A stretch of 64,000 nucleotides of DNA, taken from an uncultured Candidatus Bathyarchaeia archaeon (GTDB taxonomy: Archaea; Thermoproteota; CALKCG01; B24). A program made the position numbers and the translations under genes. The stretch lies in NCBI GenBank assembly GCA_964568845.1, contig CAZMSC010000004.1, positions 55-64,054 of the forward strand. The letters are read 5' to 3'. Of this stretch, positions 1 through 12,099 are shown one piece after another; position 1 is the stretch's first letter, and each line of letters begins with the position of its first letter. Under the pieces are notes generated by a model, which was not told where the DNA came from, searched no databases, and was given only the letters and a program-made list of their open reading frames with translations.

Positions 1-1
1 T

Positions 2-334
2 GCAGCGATAATCGCAGCTATATGTAGCATAACACTCATTCTACTCCCAATAGCTATGTTTATTATAGTTATAGCGATAATAGAAGGGGTAGATGCCATA
101 GAAAGCACTAGAAGGGCAATCAACTTTGTCATTAAAAATCTCAGCGAAGTGATAATCTTCATAGTAATCGTGATAGTTGTAGGAGCAATTTTTTCCTACG
201 GCTTTTCATTCATCCCAATTATCGGCTCATTTATTGGAGCAATAATAAGCTGGTTTTTAAACGCTATCTTCACGATTTCAGCAGTATGCTTCTACCTTTC
301 CCTGAGAGCCCCGCCGCCTCCGCCTCCAATATAA
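2..334 (+). CDS. integral membrane protein, 5' end outside the window; C-terminus ends in a six-proline run
   Basis: Frame is open from the first bases of the window to TAA 332-334. Hydrophobic helices (IIFIVIVIVVGAIF, IPIIGSFIGAIISWF). No family recognised. Confidence 0.5.
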   Translation, partial: AAIIAAICSITLILLPIAMFIIVIAIIEGVDAIESTRRAINFVIKNLSEVIIFIVIVIVVGAIFSYGFSFIPIIGSFIGAIISWFLNAIFTISAVCFYLSLRAPPPPPPI

Positions 335-799
335 TAATTAATCATAGTCTACGTTAACTATTAAGGGGTTATCGTAGGCATAACCGTTACAGTAAGCAAT
401 CCACAGCAGAAGGTTAACCAATATGAGTCCCAATCTCATAACCTATCCAACAGCCTATACATAGATGGACCGAAAACCATAATTCTAGTCTATGCTTGAC
501 CGCCAGTTGGAGGCTATATTGTCCCAGCTGACACATTAGCACCAGCTAGCATAACAACAGAAACTACAATCCCATTATTGATTCTTGGCTTAGCAATCAC
601 AGTAGCCATCAAAAAGGAAATCAATCCATAAAATCCTCCCCCTTTCTTTACCAGTTTTTCACAATATCATTTCCTACTACATTCTCTACGCTACGCTTCT
701 AACCCCCTTAAGTATACCAGCTCTTGCTCTGTAGTTTTTATCAACGGTATCATCCATGTTTTCCCCTCATCTTCATCGTTGGTCTTGAAAAACTTAAAT

Positions 800-811
800 A
801 ATTGTATATAC
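800..811 (+). promoter_or_regulatory. TATA-like box upstream of vapB
   Basis: AATTGTATATAC centred about 25 nt upstream of ATG 831, as expected for a leaderless archaeal mRNA. Confidence 0.3.
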
Positions 812-830
812 ATTGTAATTACTGGTTCAT

Positions 831-1109
831 ATGCCCACTATAAGCGTTAGGATCCCAGAGGATTTAAGAAGGAGGATGAGTCAAATCAAGGGTGTAAACT
901 GGAGTGAAGTTGTTAGAAGAGCTATATTAGAGAAGATAGTGATCGAGGAAAGAATAGGCAGTAAAAATTGGGATTTAGTGAGAAGGGCTGGAAAGGAGGC
1001 TGATGAACTGCGAATGAAGCTTGAAGCCAAGTACGGAAAGTGTAACTACGACAGTGCAGAGACCATTAGGTGTTGGAGGGATGCACGGACATGGAGAGAA
1101 TGGTTATAG
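831..1109 (+). CDS. vapB: ribbon-helix-helix (CopG/VapB-type) antitoxin
   Basis: N-terminus MPTISVRIPEDLRRRM...VVRRAILEKI fits the RHH strand-helix-helix pattern. Its stop overlaps the downstream PIN gene. Confidence 0.7.
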   Translation: MPTISVRIPEDLRRRMSQIKGVNWSEVVRRAILEKIVIEERIGSKNWDLVRRAGKEADELRMKLEAKYGKCNYDSAETIRCWRDARTWREWL

Positions 1110-1522
1110 ATGCATCAGTAGCAGTTAAGTGGTTCGTTTCCGAAAGGAATACAGATAAAGCCTTAAGGCTGAAGGACTTATATCTAAACGGAGCCTTAGA
1201 GTTAATTGCTCCGACACTAATCTATTATGAAGTAGCAAATGCACTAAGATTTCACCCATATTATAGGCTAACTGAAACAGAGTTGCTTAACATTATCACG
1301 GTGCTGAGAGATATGCAGATAGTTATAGAGCCTACAGCTGAAACATGGTTTAGAGCATTTAAAACATCTATATCAGAGGGAATAGCGGTCTACGACGCCA
1401 TATACATAGCAACATCACTAACACTAGACGCTAAACTGGTGACAGGCGATGAAAGACTGATCGAGAGGTTAAGTGAGAAAGTGAAGCGGAAAGTAACAAG
1501 CTTAGATGAGCTAAACCTCTAG
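1091..1522 (+). CDS. vapC: PIN-domain ribonuclease toxin VapC
   Basis: MVIDASVAVKWF (first acidic PIN residue), YYEVANAL, VYDAIYIATSL and LVTGDERL fit the PIN/VapC pattern. Start placed at ATG 1091; ATG 1100 is equally possible. Overlaps vapB by 10-19 nt. Confidence 0.8.
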   Translation: MERMVIDASVAVKWFVSERNTDKALRLKDLYLNGALELIAPTLIYYEVANALRFHPYYRLTETELLNIITVLRDMQIVIEPTAETWFRAFKTSISEGIAVYDAIYIATSLTLDAKLVTGDERLIERLSEKVKRKVTSLDELNL

Positions 1523-1611
1523 ATTATGGGTTTGGAATAAAAACTTTAATATTTTAATTCATTGAGGTGAAGAAATAGAAAGATAGAGTTTTTACAAAAA
1601 CGAGGAAATGA

Positions 1612-1755
1612 TGCTGGATTTATGCTTCAGTAGGAGGAGTCGATGTGGCAATTGCCATGCAAAACATGGTTTTAACCGCTGTAAGCGAGGGTTTAGGGAC
1701 ATGTTGGGTTGGAAGCTTCAATGAAGATGAAGTTAGGAGGATGCTGAGCTTCTAG
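1612..1755 (+). pseudogene. C-terminal remnant of a nitroreductase-family gene
   Basis: Translation CWIYASVGGVDVAIAMQNMVLTAVSEGLGTCWVGSFNEDEVRRMLSF* matches the conserved C-terminal core of nitroreductases. Only about 47 codons are open (TGA at 1609-1611). Confidence 0.55.
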
Positions 1756-2435
1756 TAAGGTTTTCCAAGGCTTTAGGCATTCATATTCTAACCAACACAG
1801 GTCTCTATAAGGCGCCTCATCTTCCAAAATTTGCTTTTGAATACTCAGCTGATCGGCTTGCTGAATTGTGGACAAAAGAGATTCTGGAAGGGGTTGAAGA
1901 TACCTATATTAAAGCAGGATTCATAAAGATCGCAGTAAATCCTGGTACTATAGTGCCTATACAGCAAAAAATTGTAAGGGCTGCTACCCGTTGCAGTCTT
2001 GCAACAAGAGCTGTTATTGCCTGTCATACAGGTAATGGTGTAGCGGCAATGCATTTACTTAAAATTTTGAACGAAGAAGGCTTGGAAAATAATAAATTTA
2101 TAGTTGTTCATACTGACGCTGAAGAAAACATCGAATATCATCTGGAGATCGCTAGGCAAGGTGCATGGGTCGAATATGACGGTTTAAGTCAAAATACCTC
2201 TGAGAAAACATTAAAGCTGCTCAGATTTATGGTGGATCACGGTTTTGAGGAGCAGATCCTTCTGTCTCAGGATGCAGGATGGTATAATGTAGGTCAGCCC
2301 CGCGGCGGCAACATTAGAGGTTATGAATACTTGATTGAAAAGTTTGTTCCCTCAATGAAAAAGAATGGTTTTGACCAAAATTTAATCGACAAGATTCTAG
2401 TGGAGAATTCTGCTAAAGCTTTTCAAATCGAATAA
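1737..2435 (+). pseudogene. phosphotriesterase-like lactonase/PHP family gene lacking its 5' third
   Basis: KALGIHILTNTGLY, ADRLAELWTKEILEGVEDTYIKAGFIKIA (carboxylated-Lys region), IACHTG, VVHTD, LSQDAG and VPSMKKNGF...ENSAKAF align with SsoPox/PTE family proteins from about residue 95 onward. The N-terminal HxH metal motif is absent and the frame is closed by TAG at 1734-1736. Confidence 0.6.
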
Positions 2436-2664
2436 TACCACTTAAGTCTTCATTACGTATTGGTCAAAAAGCGAACAATCGGAAGCGAGCAATGGCGGGT
2501 TTCAAGCATAGAAAAGCCTTTTCGTAAAAAGCTGTTGGAAGACTCCCATATCACTTGAGAACTCGCGGCTCAGCGTTAACAGGAGCTGAGAAGGCTCACA
2601 GGTTAAGCCCAACCCGCCAATCTAATCGTAGTATGTTAAAGCCATGATTAACGTCACATCCATG

Positions 2665-2709
2665 TTACTACAGTTGAAATATTTTTCACAGGGATTTCAA
2701 CTGTAGTAA
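2665..2709. repeat. perfect 16-bp inverted repeat (hairpin) with a 13-nt loop
   Basis: TTACTACAGTTGAAAT (2665-2680) / loop ATTTTTCACAGGG / ATTTCAACTGTAGTAA (2694-2709). The arms are exact reverse complements. Confidence 0.9.
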
Positions 2710-2923
2710 TCCCTCCGTTAAACCGACTGAGAAGAGTTCATTGAAGAAGCCTACCACAGTACGCCTCAACACCAAACCCAGCATCAACCCAATAGCCGAC
2801 TCCACCAGTAGATTTAAGCCGAACCATCAACAAGAAATATTAAAGACCATCCACAGCGACGGGCGGCAACGCACAGACTATTTCCGCATTCAAATATTTT
2901 ATTAATACGTCAACATAGACTAA

Positions 2924-6208
<3,285 letters not shown>

Positions 6209-6223
6209 ACCCATTATATCAGC

Positions 6224-6883
6224 TTAGACTCCTCCAATTTTTCCATCTAAAATATTACAAAGCTCCACTAGGCTATTTAACGTTAAAGTCTTCGACTCCA
6301 ATCCCAGCTTTCTCAAGTCTTTTAAATCATCCAGCCGTCTAACCACTAACACCGCTCTGCAATTATTGTCTAAGGCGGATACAACATCATTGACTCTATC
6401 ACCAACCATCATGGTTTCAGACGCCTCATAACCACCTTCAGAGAGCACGAGTTTTATCTGCTCCCTCCTCGTCGGCCGCTCATCTCTAGAAACAACCATC
6501 CCAAATAATCTTCTAACCCCCATGAGGTCTAGAACGCTTTCAATAACCCTTCTTGACTGGAGACTTGTCAAATTCAGCGTGTAATTTTCCCCAAGCCTTC
6601 TGAGTACATATGGAGAATTATCCAACACTATTAGACTACCCAGAGATTCAAACTCATACTTTTCAACAAGCCTAGAAACCTCTCCATACAGCTCCGAGCC
6701 CCAGAGCATAGATAAAACGGCGGTAAACGATGAAACCTCTCTACCTAAAAGTCTCCCAACCTCTCTATAAACTAGATTCCAGTCTACTGGAAGGAGAACT
6801 AAGGTTTCATCTAAGTCAAATATCAGATTTCTAACGTTTAAAACATCTTTTTGCATAATTAACCACCAAGAGGTTAAAACCAT
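6224..6883 (-). CDS. HAD-superfamily hydrolase/phosphatase
   Basis: Motif I IFDLDETLV and motif IV MVGDRVNDV. The true start is probably MQKD at 6856. Confidence 0.7.
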   Translation of the reverse strand: MVLTSWWLIMQKDVLNVRNLIFDLDETLVLLPVDWNLVYREVGRLLGREVSSFTAVLSMLWGSELYGEVSRLVEKYEFESLGSLIVLDNSPYVLRRLGENYTLNLTSLQSRRVIESVLDLMGVRRLFGMVVSRDERPTRREQIKLVLSEGGYEASETMMVGDRVNDVVSALDNNCRAVLVVRRLDDLKDLRKLGLESKTLTLNSLVELCNILDGKIGGV

Positions 6884-7075
6884 AGCCTATCCATTGTGAA
6901 GTATAAAACCGTTGAATTTAATAGGGGGTCTGCTACTGCAGCCATCGTCATCCATCTGAACGGCTGGGATGGCCTCTTCATCCCCCCAACCACTTTGAAC
7001 AGAAAGCGGAATATTAACTCTTCTACCATATCTAAAGCAAGTTCGCTTTAAATAAAGCCTCATCGCCTACCAGTT

Positions 7076-8314
7076 TTATTCAGGGCTTAAATGCAAAGTC
7101 TCGGCTTTCAAGTTTACTGAAGTTGCCCTCTGAGTCAGCATTTCCCATGGTTCATCCCGGATCGTTACAAGTCCATAGTTGCTATTCTCTCCATCAAACC
7201 TTCCTTCGTAAGGTTGGTCAAAGTACTGGAACCAATGGTAGCCGATTATAAACGGCTGCTTCATAATCGCTTTAACATACTCCTCATAGTATTTAGCCCT
7301 TTCAGATTGGGTTTTAACCGGTATGCCAGCCCCCTTCGTGTTTGGCAATCCAGAATCCATAGCCTTAAAGGAGAACTCCGTTATCATTATTGGAAGCCCA
7401 GTCACATCATGCATTCTCTTAAAATCAGCTAATCTCATCGTGAGATCGTTACTGTAGGGGTTTGTATAGCAATTGATCGATACGACGTCGGCGTATCCTA
7501 TGCAACCTTCAAGCACTTCATTCGGAGGCTTGTAGGCAAAACGACAGCCTAAAACTAAATGGTTTGGATCATACTTTTTAATAGCATCGTAAGTTACCTT
7601 GAAGTATCGTCTGGCAATTTGCTTGAGGAAATCTGATCTGTCGGCTTCCATATCTGGCGTTTTTGGAACATATGTAGTTGAAAGTATTTCGTCAAATGAG
7701 GAGAAGGATGAGCCCCAAGCCTCATTCAATAGATGTATCTCTCCGTACTTTTCCCTTAGGAAATTTACAAGCGCATTCTTACCTTCGGCTTCAGGTGGAA
7801 GAAGCATGTAGTCGTCAAAAAGATCCCTCTTCGACCTCCAATCTGGCGCCCACCTCAACTCGTTATCTGTGAAGTATCCAAGAAGATACTTGTCGTTTCT
7901 TTTAGATGCACATATCTTAGACGCTATATCTTCCGCAACTTGTTCAAACTTCTTCGAGAAGTAGTCCGCAATCATTCCACTCTGCCAGTTTGCACCAGCC
8001 TTAAGAGCCATATCAAGGATAATCGTATAGGGCATTTCTTCGCAAAAGGTTTCTTCACTTGACCATGCACCTATGGTGTTAAATCCCCAGCTTCTGAGCC
8101 TAGCAATTGTCTCTTTAACCCACTTCTCAACAGAGCCATACTTTTCCATGATGTATCTATTGTAGGGGCTATATCCTAAAGACGGCGCATAATCACCCAA
8201 ATAGTTCACATGGTTCACCCCCTTAGATAGGAATAGACTGCCTTCTGGGTCGATAAACCAGAACCTTCCACTGATCTTCTCAACATGGAAGAAGCCGGAT
8301 GCTCGACTAGACAA
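7076..8314 (-). CDS. glycoside hydrolase, clan GH-A TIM barrel (family unresolved)
   Basis: 412 aa. YFTDNELRW (Asn-Glu acid/base) and IMITEFSF (nucleophile Glu) are spaced as in (beta/alpha)8 GH-A enzymes. N-terminal FWFIDPEGSLFLSKGVNHV. Confidence 0.55.
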   Translation of the reverse strand: MSSRASGFFHVEKISGRFWFIDPEGSLFLSKGVNHVNYLGDYAPSLGYSPYNRYIMEKYGSVEKWVKETIARLRSWGFNTIGAWSSEETFCEEMPYTIILDMALKAGANWQSGMIADYFSKKFEQVAEDIASKICASKRNDKYLLGYFTDNELRWAPDWRSKRDLFDDYMLLPPEAEGKNALVNFLREKYGEIHLLNEAWGSSFSSFDEILSTTYVPKTPDMEADRSDFLKQIARRYFKVTYDAIKKYDPNHLVLGCRFAYKPPNEVLEGCIGYADVVSINCYTNPYSNDLTMRLADFKRMHDVTGLPIMITEFSFKAMDSGLPNTKGAGIPVKTQSERAKYYEEYVKAIMKQPFIIGYHWFQYFDQPYEGRFDGENSNYGLVTIRDEPWEMLTQRATSVNLKAETLHLSPE

Positions 8315-8425
8315 AGTATTACCCCATTCTTAATGCAACCTAATATCGTATAAGCGTTTTGAATATAAACCATGACTATTTTAGAGGCAAAAACTTATTA
8401 TCACACCGCATTAAAATAATACTTA

Positions 8426-9004
8426 ATGGAACCTACAGTAGTTAAGGGGTTTAATGTAGCCTTCTCAAGGGGGAAGTGCCTAATAAATCCATCCAACGTC
8501 ACAGTTGAGGCCTATAAACCTGGAGGCTTTGAGAAAGGTGTTATAGAAACTTTAGCCTTGAGCTTCCCCCCATCTAAAGCGACCTACTTTAGAGATTGGA
8601 ACGCCGTAACAATTAAGGCATTTAATAGATTGATAGGAATTTATGGGTCTGGCAAGATTACGTTCTGCGCCTCAAGCAATGAAGAAATCGAGAGCATCTT
8701 GGATTATGTTAAAGGCTTAATTGAGACAGCCTCCAGCGACATTTTAAATAAAGGTACTCCTAAAATTGAAGATGTTGAATCATGGAGCAAACTCACACCG
8801 TTGGATCTATATAGGTATCTTCCAAAAACCAACTGTGGAGAATGCGGTGAAAGTACATGTATGGCTTTAGCAGCTAAAGTATTATCGGGGGAGAGGTCTC
8901 TTAAAGACTGTAAACCTCTTTCAAAACCTGAAAATAGGAGAATACTTGAGGAGTTTAGGAGAAAGCTTGGCGATAGAGCACTTAAAACGTTAAGTTGGGA
9001 ATGA
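8426..9004 (+). CDS. protein with a C-terminal CdhE/RnfB-type 4Fe-4S binding module; N-terminal domain unknown
   Basis: LPKTNCGECGESTCMALAAKVLSGERSLKDC = CX2CX4CX16C, as in the Fe-S domain at the N-terminus of CODH/ACS gamma subunit and RnfB (Pfam FeS, from memory). Confidence 0.5.
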   Translation: MEPTVVKGFNVAFSRGKCLINPSNVTVEAYKPGGFEKGVIETLALSFPPSKATYFRDWNAVTIKAFNRLIGIYGSGKITFCASSNEEIESILDYVKGLIETASSDILNKGTPKIEDVESWSKLTPLDLYRYLPKTNCGECGESTCMALAAKVLSGERSLKDCKPLSKPENRRILEEFRRKLGDRALKTLSWE

Positions 9005-9069
9005 AATACTCAGACGCTTAACTGGCTAGTCTATAACGCGGTAGAATCTCATTTAGAGGATGGTAGAGC

Positions 9070-9831
9070 TTGCCCATTCAAGTCTTTATCCTAGGAATGG
9101 CCGGTTGCGGTAAAACATCTCTTACGGCTAAGTTCACTTCTTGGCTAAGAGAAAATGTTGGACTTAAGGCTATAGCGGTGAACTTGGATTCTGGTGCCGT
9201 AAACCTGCCCTATGAAGCGTACTTAGACGTAAGGAAGTTCTTCACACTAGAAGAGCTCATGCTGAAAAAGGGACTTGGACCAAACGGTGCTATGGTATAC
9301 TCTATGGAAATTTTAGAGAAAATGACGCCGGATATTGTGAGAGCTCTAGCTGAAGCAAACTACGACATAGCTCTAATAGATACTCCAGGGCAGAACGAAG
9401 TGTTCTCTTTTAGACCGACTGGCCCTAGAGTAGTTGAGGCTTTTACAAAACTAGGTCCATCTACAGGCGTTTTCCTCATAGATGCTTCCACTATAAATAA
9501 ACCATCGGATTTGGTGGCCTGTTTCTCAATATCTATAGCTTCTCAGATAAGACTTGGAATACCAGTCGTAGTAGCCTTAAGTAAGACCGATAAAGCCACT
9601 CTAAGCGGTTTAGAAAAGCTTCTAGTAGACTACAATTTCCTACTATCAAGCGTTAAAACTGAAACTGGAGGGGGATTGAATAAAGACTTTACCCTACATC
9701 TCTTAAGAGTCTATAAAAACTTCATGAAAGTTCAAAAGCCCGTGAAAACATCTGCTTTAACAGGAGAAGGCTTAGAAGAACTATATGATACGATACATGA
9801 AGCCTTATGCGAGTGCGGCGACTTAACTTGA
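9070..9831 (+). CDS. GPN-loop GTPase
   Basis: P-loop GMAGCGKTS, diagnostic GPNGAM, DTPGQ and SKTD. TTG start. Confidence 0.8.
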   Translation: MPIQVFILGMAGCGKTSLTAKFTSWLRENVGLKAIAVNLDSGAVNLPYEAYLDVRKFFTLEELMLKKGLGPNGAMVYSMEILEKMTPDIVRALAEANYDIALIDTPGQNEVFSFRPTGPRVVEAFTKLGPSTGVFLIDASTINKPSDLVACFSISIASQIRLGIPVVVALSKTDKATLSGLEKLLVDYNFLLSSVKTETGGGLNKDFTLHLLRVYKNFMKVQKPVKTSALTGEGLEELYDTIHEALCECGDLT

Positions 9832-9840
9832 AGTTTTCAA

Positions 9841-10833
9841 CTATTCTTCCTTAGCGTATTGAGCCCGCTTTCCGTGTGCTGCGGTTTGAGGCGGAGGCTT
9901 TTCACCTCTGTGGATGTATTCGTAGGCTTCCCTATGCCTCTGATAGTATCTGTGTGATGGTTCGAAGCCGAATTCTTTCTGAAGCTGTTCAACTGTTATG
10001 TTTGGATCTATCGGTTCTACGAGGAATAGGCCGTCATCTAGGCTTGAGCGCACCTCTACACGGTTTGAATAGTTCCTCATTATTTTATCTGGGATAATGT
10101 AGTTGAAGTCGTAATGTGCAACTGTAAAGTCTAGGTTTACTTCGCGGACTGCTACGTTTTTAAGAGCATCCGTTTCGGCTAGGATGTTGCCCAAAGGGTC
10201 TATTATCTTAGACTTATCCGACCTCACTGAAGATACGACGTAGTAGTGGTGGAGGTATGCGTAAACCTGTAGGGCAAACCCTCCATTGTATGCAGAACAC
10301 CAGACAACCATTTTAGCGCCTTTATCGGCTAAAACCTGCCATGTTTCAGGGAAGCCTATGTCGAAGCATATCTGGATGCCGATGCGGCCGAAGTCTAAGT
10401 CGAAGACTTTAGCCTCCTCTCCAGGTGTTACACCATCTTCAAAAACCGTGTAGTCATGCGACGTTGTAACAGGGTGGATTTTATCATAAACCCCTACAAC
10501 GTCTCCAGATCTATCTACGACAGCAGCCGAATTGTAAACTCTTCCACCCCTCTTCGTATAGAGGGGACATATAACGTAGGAGCCATGCTTCCCAGCCTTA
10601 GCGGCAACTGCTTTTAAAGTAGACCCGGGTAATGTTTCAGCCAACTCTTCTAGAGGCTTTTCGACTGAGACAGTTGCAAACGCTTCGGGTAGACAGACTA
10701 AATCAGGCTGATAGCTGAAGGCGACATCTAAAAGCTTCATAACATGCTTCAAATTCCCTTCGACAGTATCATAGAAGCGATTTGCCTGACAAACTGTAGC
10801 TACACGCACTCTCCCACCCATGTAAAAACTCAC
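9841..10833 (-). CDS. carbon-nitrogen hydrolase (nitrilase/amidase superfamily)
   Basis: Catalytic triad contexts CLPEAF (Glu), VYDKIH (Lys) and IQICFDIGFPE (Cys). Confidence 0.75.
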   Translation of the reverse strand: MSFYMGGRVRVATVCQANRFYDTVEGNLKHVMKLLDVAFSYQPDLVCLPEAFATVSVEKPLEELAETLPGSTLKAVAAKAGKHGSYVICPLYTKRGGRVYNSAAVVDRSGDVVGVYDKIHPVTTSHDYTVFEDGVTPGEEAKVFDLDFGRIGIQICFDIGFPETWQVLADKGAKMVVWCSAYNGGFALQVYAYLHHYYVVSSVRSDKSKIIDPLGNILAETDALKNVAVREVNLDFTVAHYDFNYIIPDKIMRNYSNRVEVRSSLDDGLFLVEPIDPNITVEQLQKEFGFEPSHRYYQRHREAYEYIHRGEKPPPQTAAHGKRAQYAKEE

Positions 10834-11027
10834 CGAAAACTAAATACTTCATTCTCAGTTTAAAAGGCTTAGCTTGAGCCTAGTATGACGAAGAAAATGT
10901 TTTGTAATCGAGGCTTGAAGATTTAGTGTCCTTCTGGACATACGCTTCTCAATACTGCCGTTTAAATACAATCTAACTATGAATTCAACGAGAAAACATT
11001 ATCAACGAATTCTCCTCATAGTAAAAC

Positions 11028-11693
11028 ATGAGAGGTTTGAATTCCGGTAGATACGACATTAAGAAGATAAAGGAAGAACTACGTTTACTGGTCTGGAGAA
11101 GACTTGAAGAGGCTAATGTCACCCTTCCTCCAAAACCATGCTACGGGCGAATACCAAATTTTAAAGGCGCTTATGACGCTGCTTTAAAAGCTTCCAAAAC
11201 GCCGGAATGGAAAAAGGCTAAAGTCATATTTGCAAATCCGGATAGCCCTCAAAAACACTTAAGGATGATTGCGTTAAAACAGGAAAAGTTATTGATCATG
11301 GCTACTCCAAAACTTAAAAATGGATTCTTAGAAATAGATCCTTCAAAAGTTAGAGGGGTTGAAAATGAGGCTTCAACAATTAGTGGAGCTTTCAAATATG
11401 GAAAACTGCGTGAAACGGTTGTCTACAAGCCAGATTTGATCGTAACCGGTTGTGTAGCTGTAGATAGAGAGTTTAACAGACTCGGCAAAGGCGGAGGCTA
11501 TGGGGATATGGAGATATCTATGGTAAAGGGTAAGTATGGATTGGACATACGTGTTCTAACCACAATCCACGACCTTCAGATGATAGACTATATGCCTACA
11601 GAGCCCCACGATTCAAAAGTTGATATTGTGGTAACACCTTCTAGAATTTTAAGGAGAGAGATCCATGAAAATCCTTACTCTATGCGGCGTTAG
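11028..11693 (+). CDS. 5-formyltetrahydrofolate cyclo-ligase family protein
   Basis: LGKGGGYGDME resembles the family GxGGGYYD motif. Length 221 aa. Confidence 0.65.
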   Translation: MRGLNSGRYDIKKIKEELRLLVWRRLEEANVTLPPKPCYGRIPNFKGAYDAALKASKTPEWKKAKVIFANPDSPQKHLRMIALKQEKLLIMATPKLKNGFLEIDPSKVRGVENEASTISGAFKYGKLRETVVYKPDLIVTGCVAVDREFNRLGKGGGYGDMEISMVKGKYGLDIRVLTTIHDLQMIDYMPTEPHDSKVDIVVTPSRILRREIHENPYSMRR

Positions 11694-12099
11694 TCAAGCT
11701 AAAGTAGGCTTTACCTTTCTAGCGGGGAAACCGTCAAGGCAATGCATTAACTGTAGGCTTTACAAGGTGTGTGTGGGTAAATTAGAGCCTTTAAGACTCT
11801 ACCGGGTTCTGGAGGTTAGAGAGAAAACTTTCCAATGTCGAATTCATAAAGATGGTGTTAAATTGGTTACTGTTGAAGAAAGCCCCGTAGAAGTAGCTAT
11901 GGAAGACAGGCTTATAGTTGAAGGGGCATTACTTATATTCAGTCCAATAATATGTAGAATCGAATGTAACAATAAAGGACTGTGTATTCCAGAAGGGCTT
12001 AAAGAAAACGATAAATGTCAAGTGATTAAAATAGGAGAAAAGTTGAACTGTTTAGCTGGGTTAAAGCTTAGAAGTGTTATTCTGAGGCGGGTTCTTTAA
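11665..12099 (+). CDS. UPF0179-family Cys-rich protein
   Basis: MKILTLCG...CINCRLYKVCVGKLEPLRLYRVLEVRE...C.IH resembles the archaeal UPF0179 pattern (from memory). Overlaps the upstream gene by 29 nt. Confidence 0.5.
   Translation: MKILTLCGVSQAKVGFTFLAGKPSRQCINCRLYKVCVGKLEPLRLYRVLEVREKTFQCRIHKDGVKLVTVEESPVEVAMEDRLIVEGALLIFSPIICRIECNNKGLCIPEGLKENDKCQVIKIGEKLNCLAGLKLRSVILRRVL

Noticed and set aside
310-331. C-terminal hexaproline run as a notable feature linked to the hypusine pathway in the window
   Set aside because: It is a single poly-Pro tail on a truncated ORF. The link to aIF5A/dys is generic biology, not a locus-specific signal.
497-499. In-frame TGA as selenocysteine or programmed readthrough
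   Set aside because: No start codon, no SECIS-like structure noticed, and other in-frame stops lie upstream (332-334, 335-337, 362-364). A decayed gene is the simpler explanation.
2665-2709. CRISPR repeat remnant (arms end in GTTGAAAT, reminiscent of CRISPR repeat termini)
   Set aside because: Only one inverted pair is present, with no direct repeats at spacer-like intervals, no leader and no cas genes in the window.
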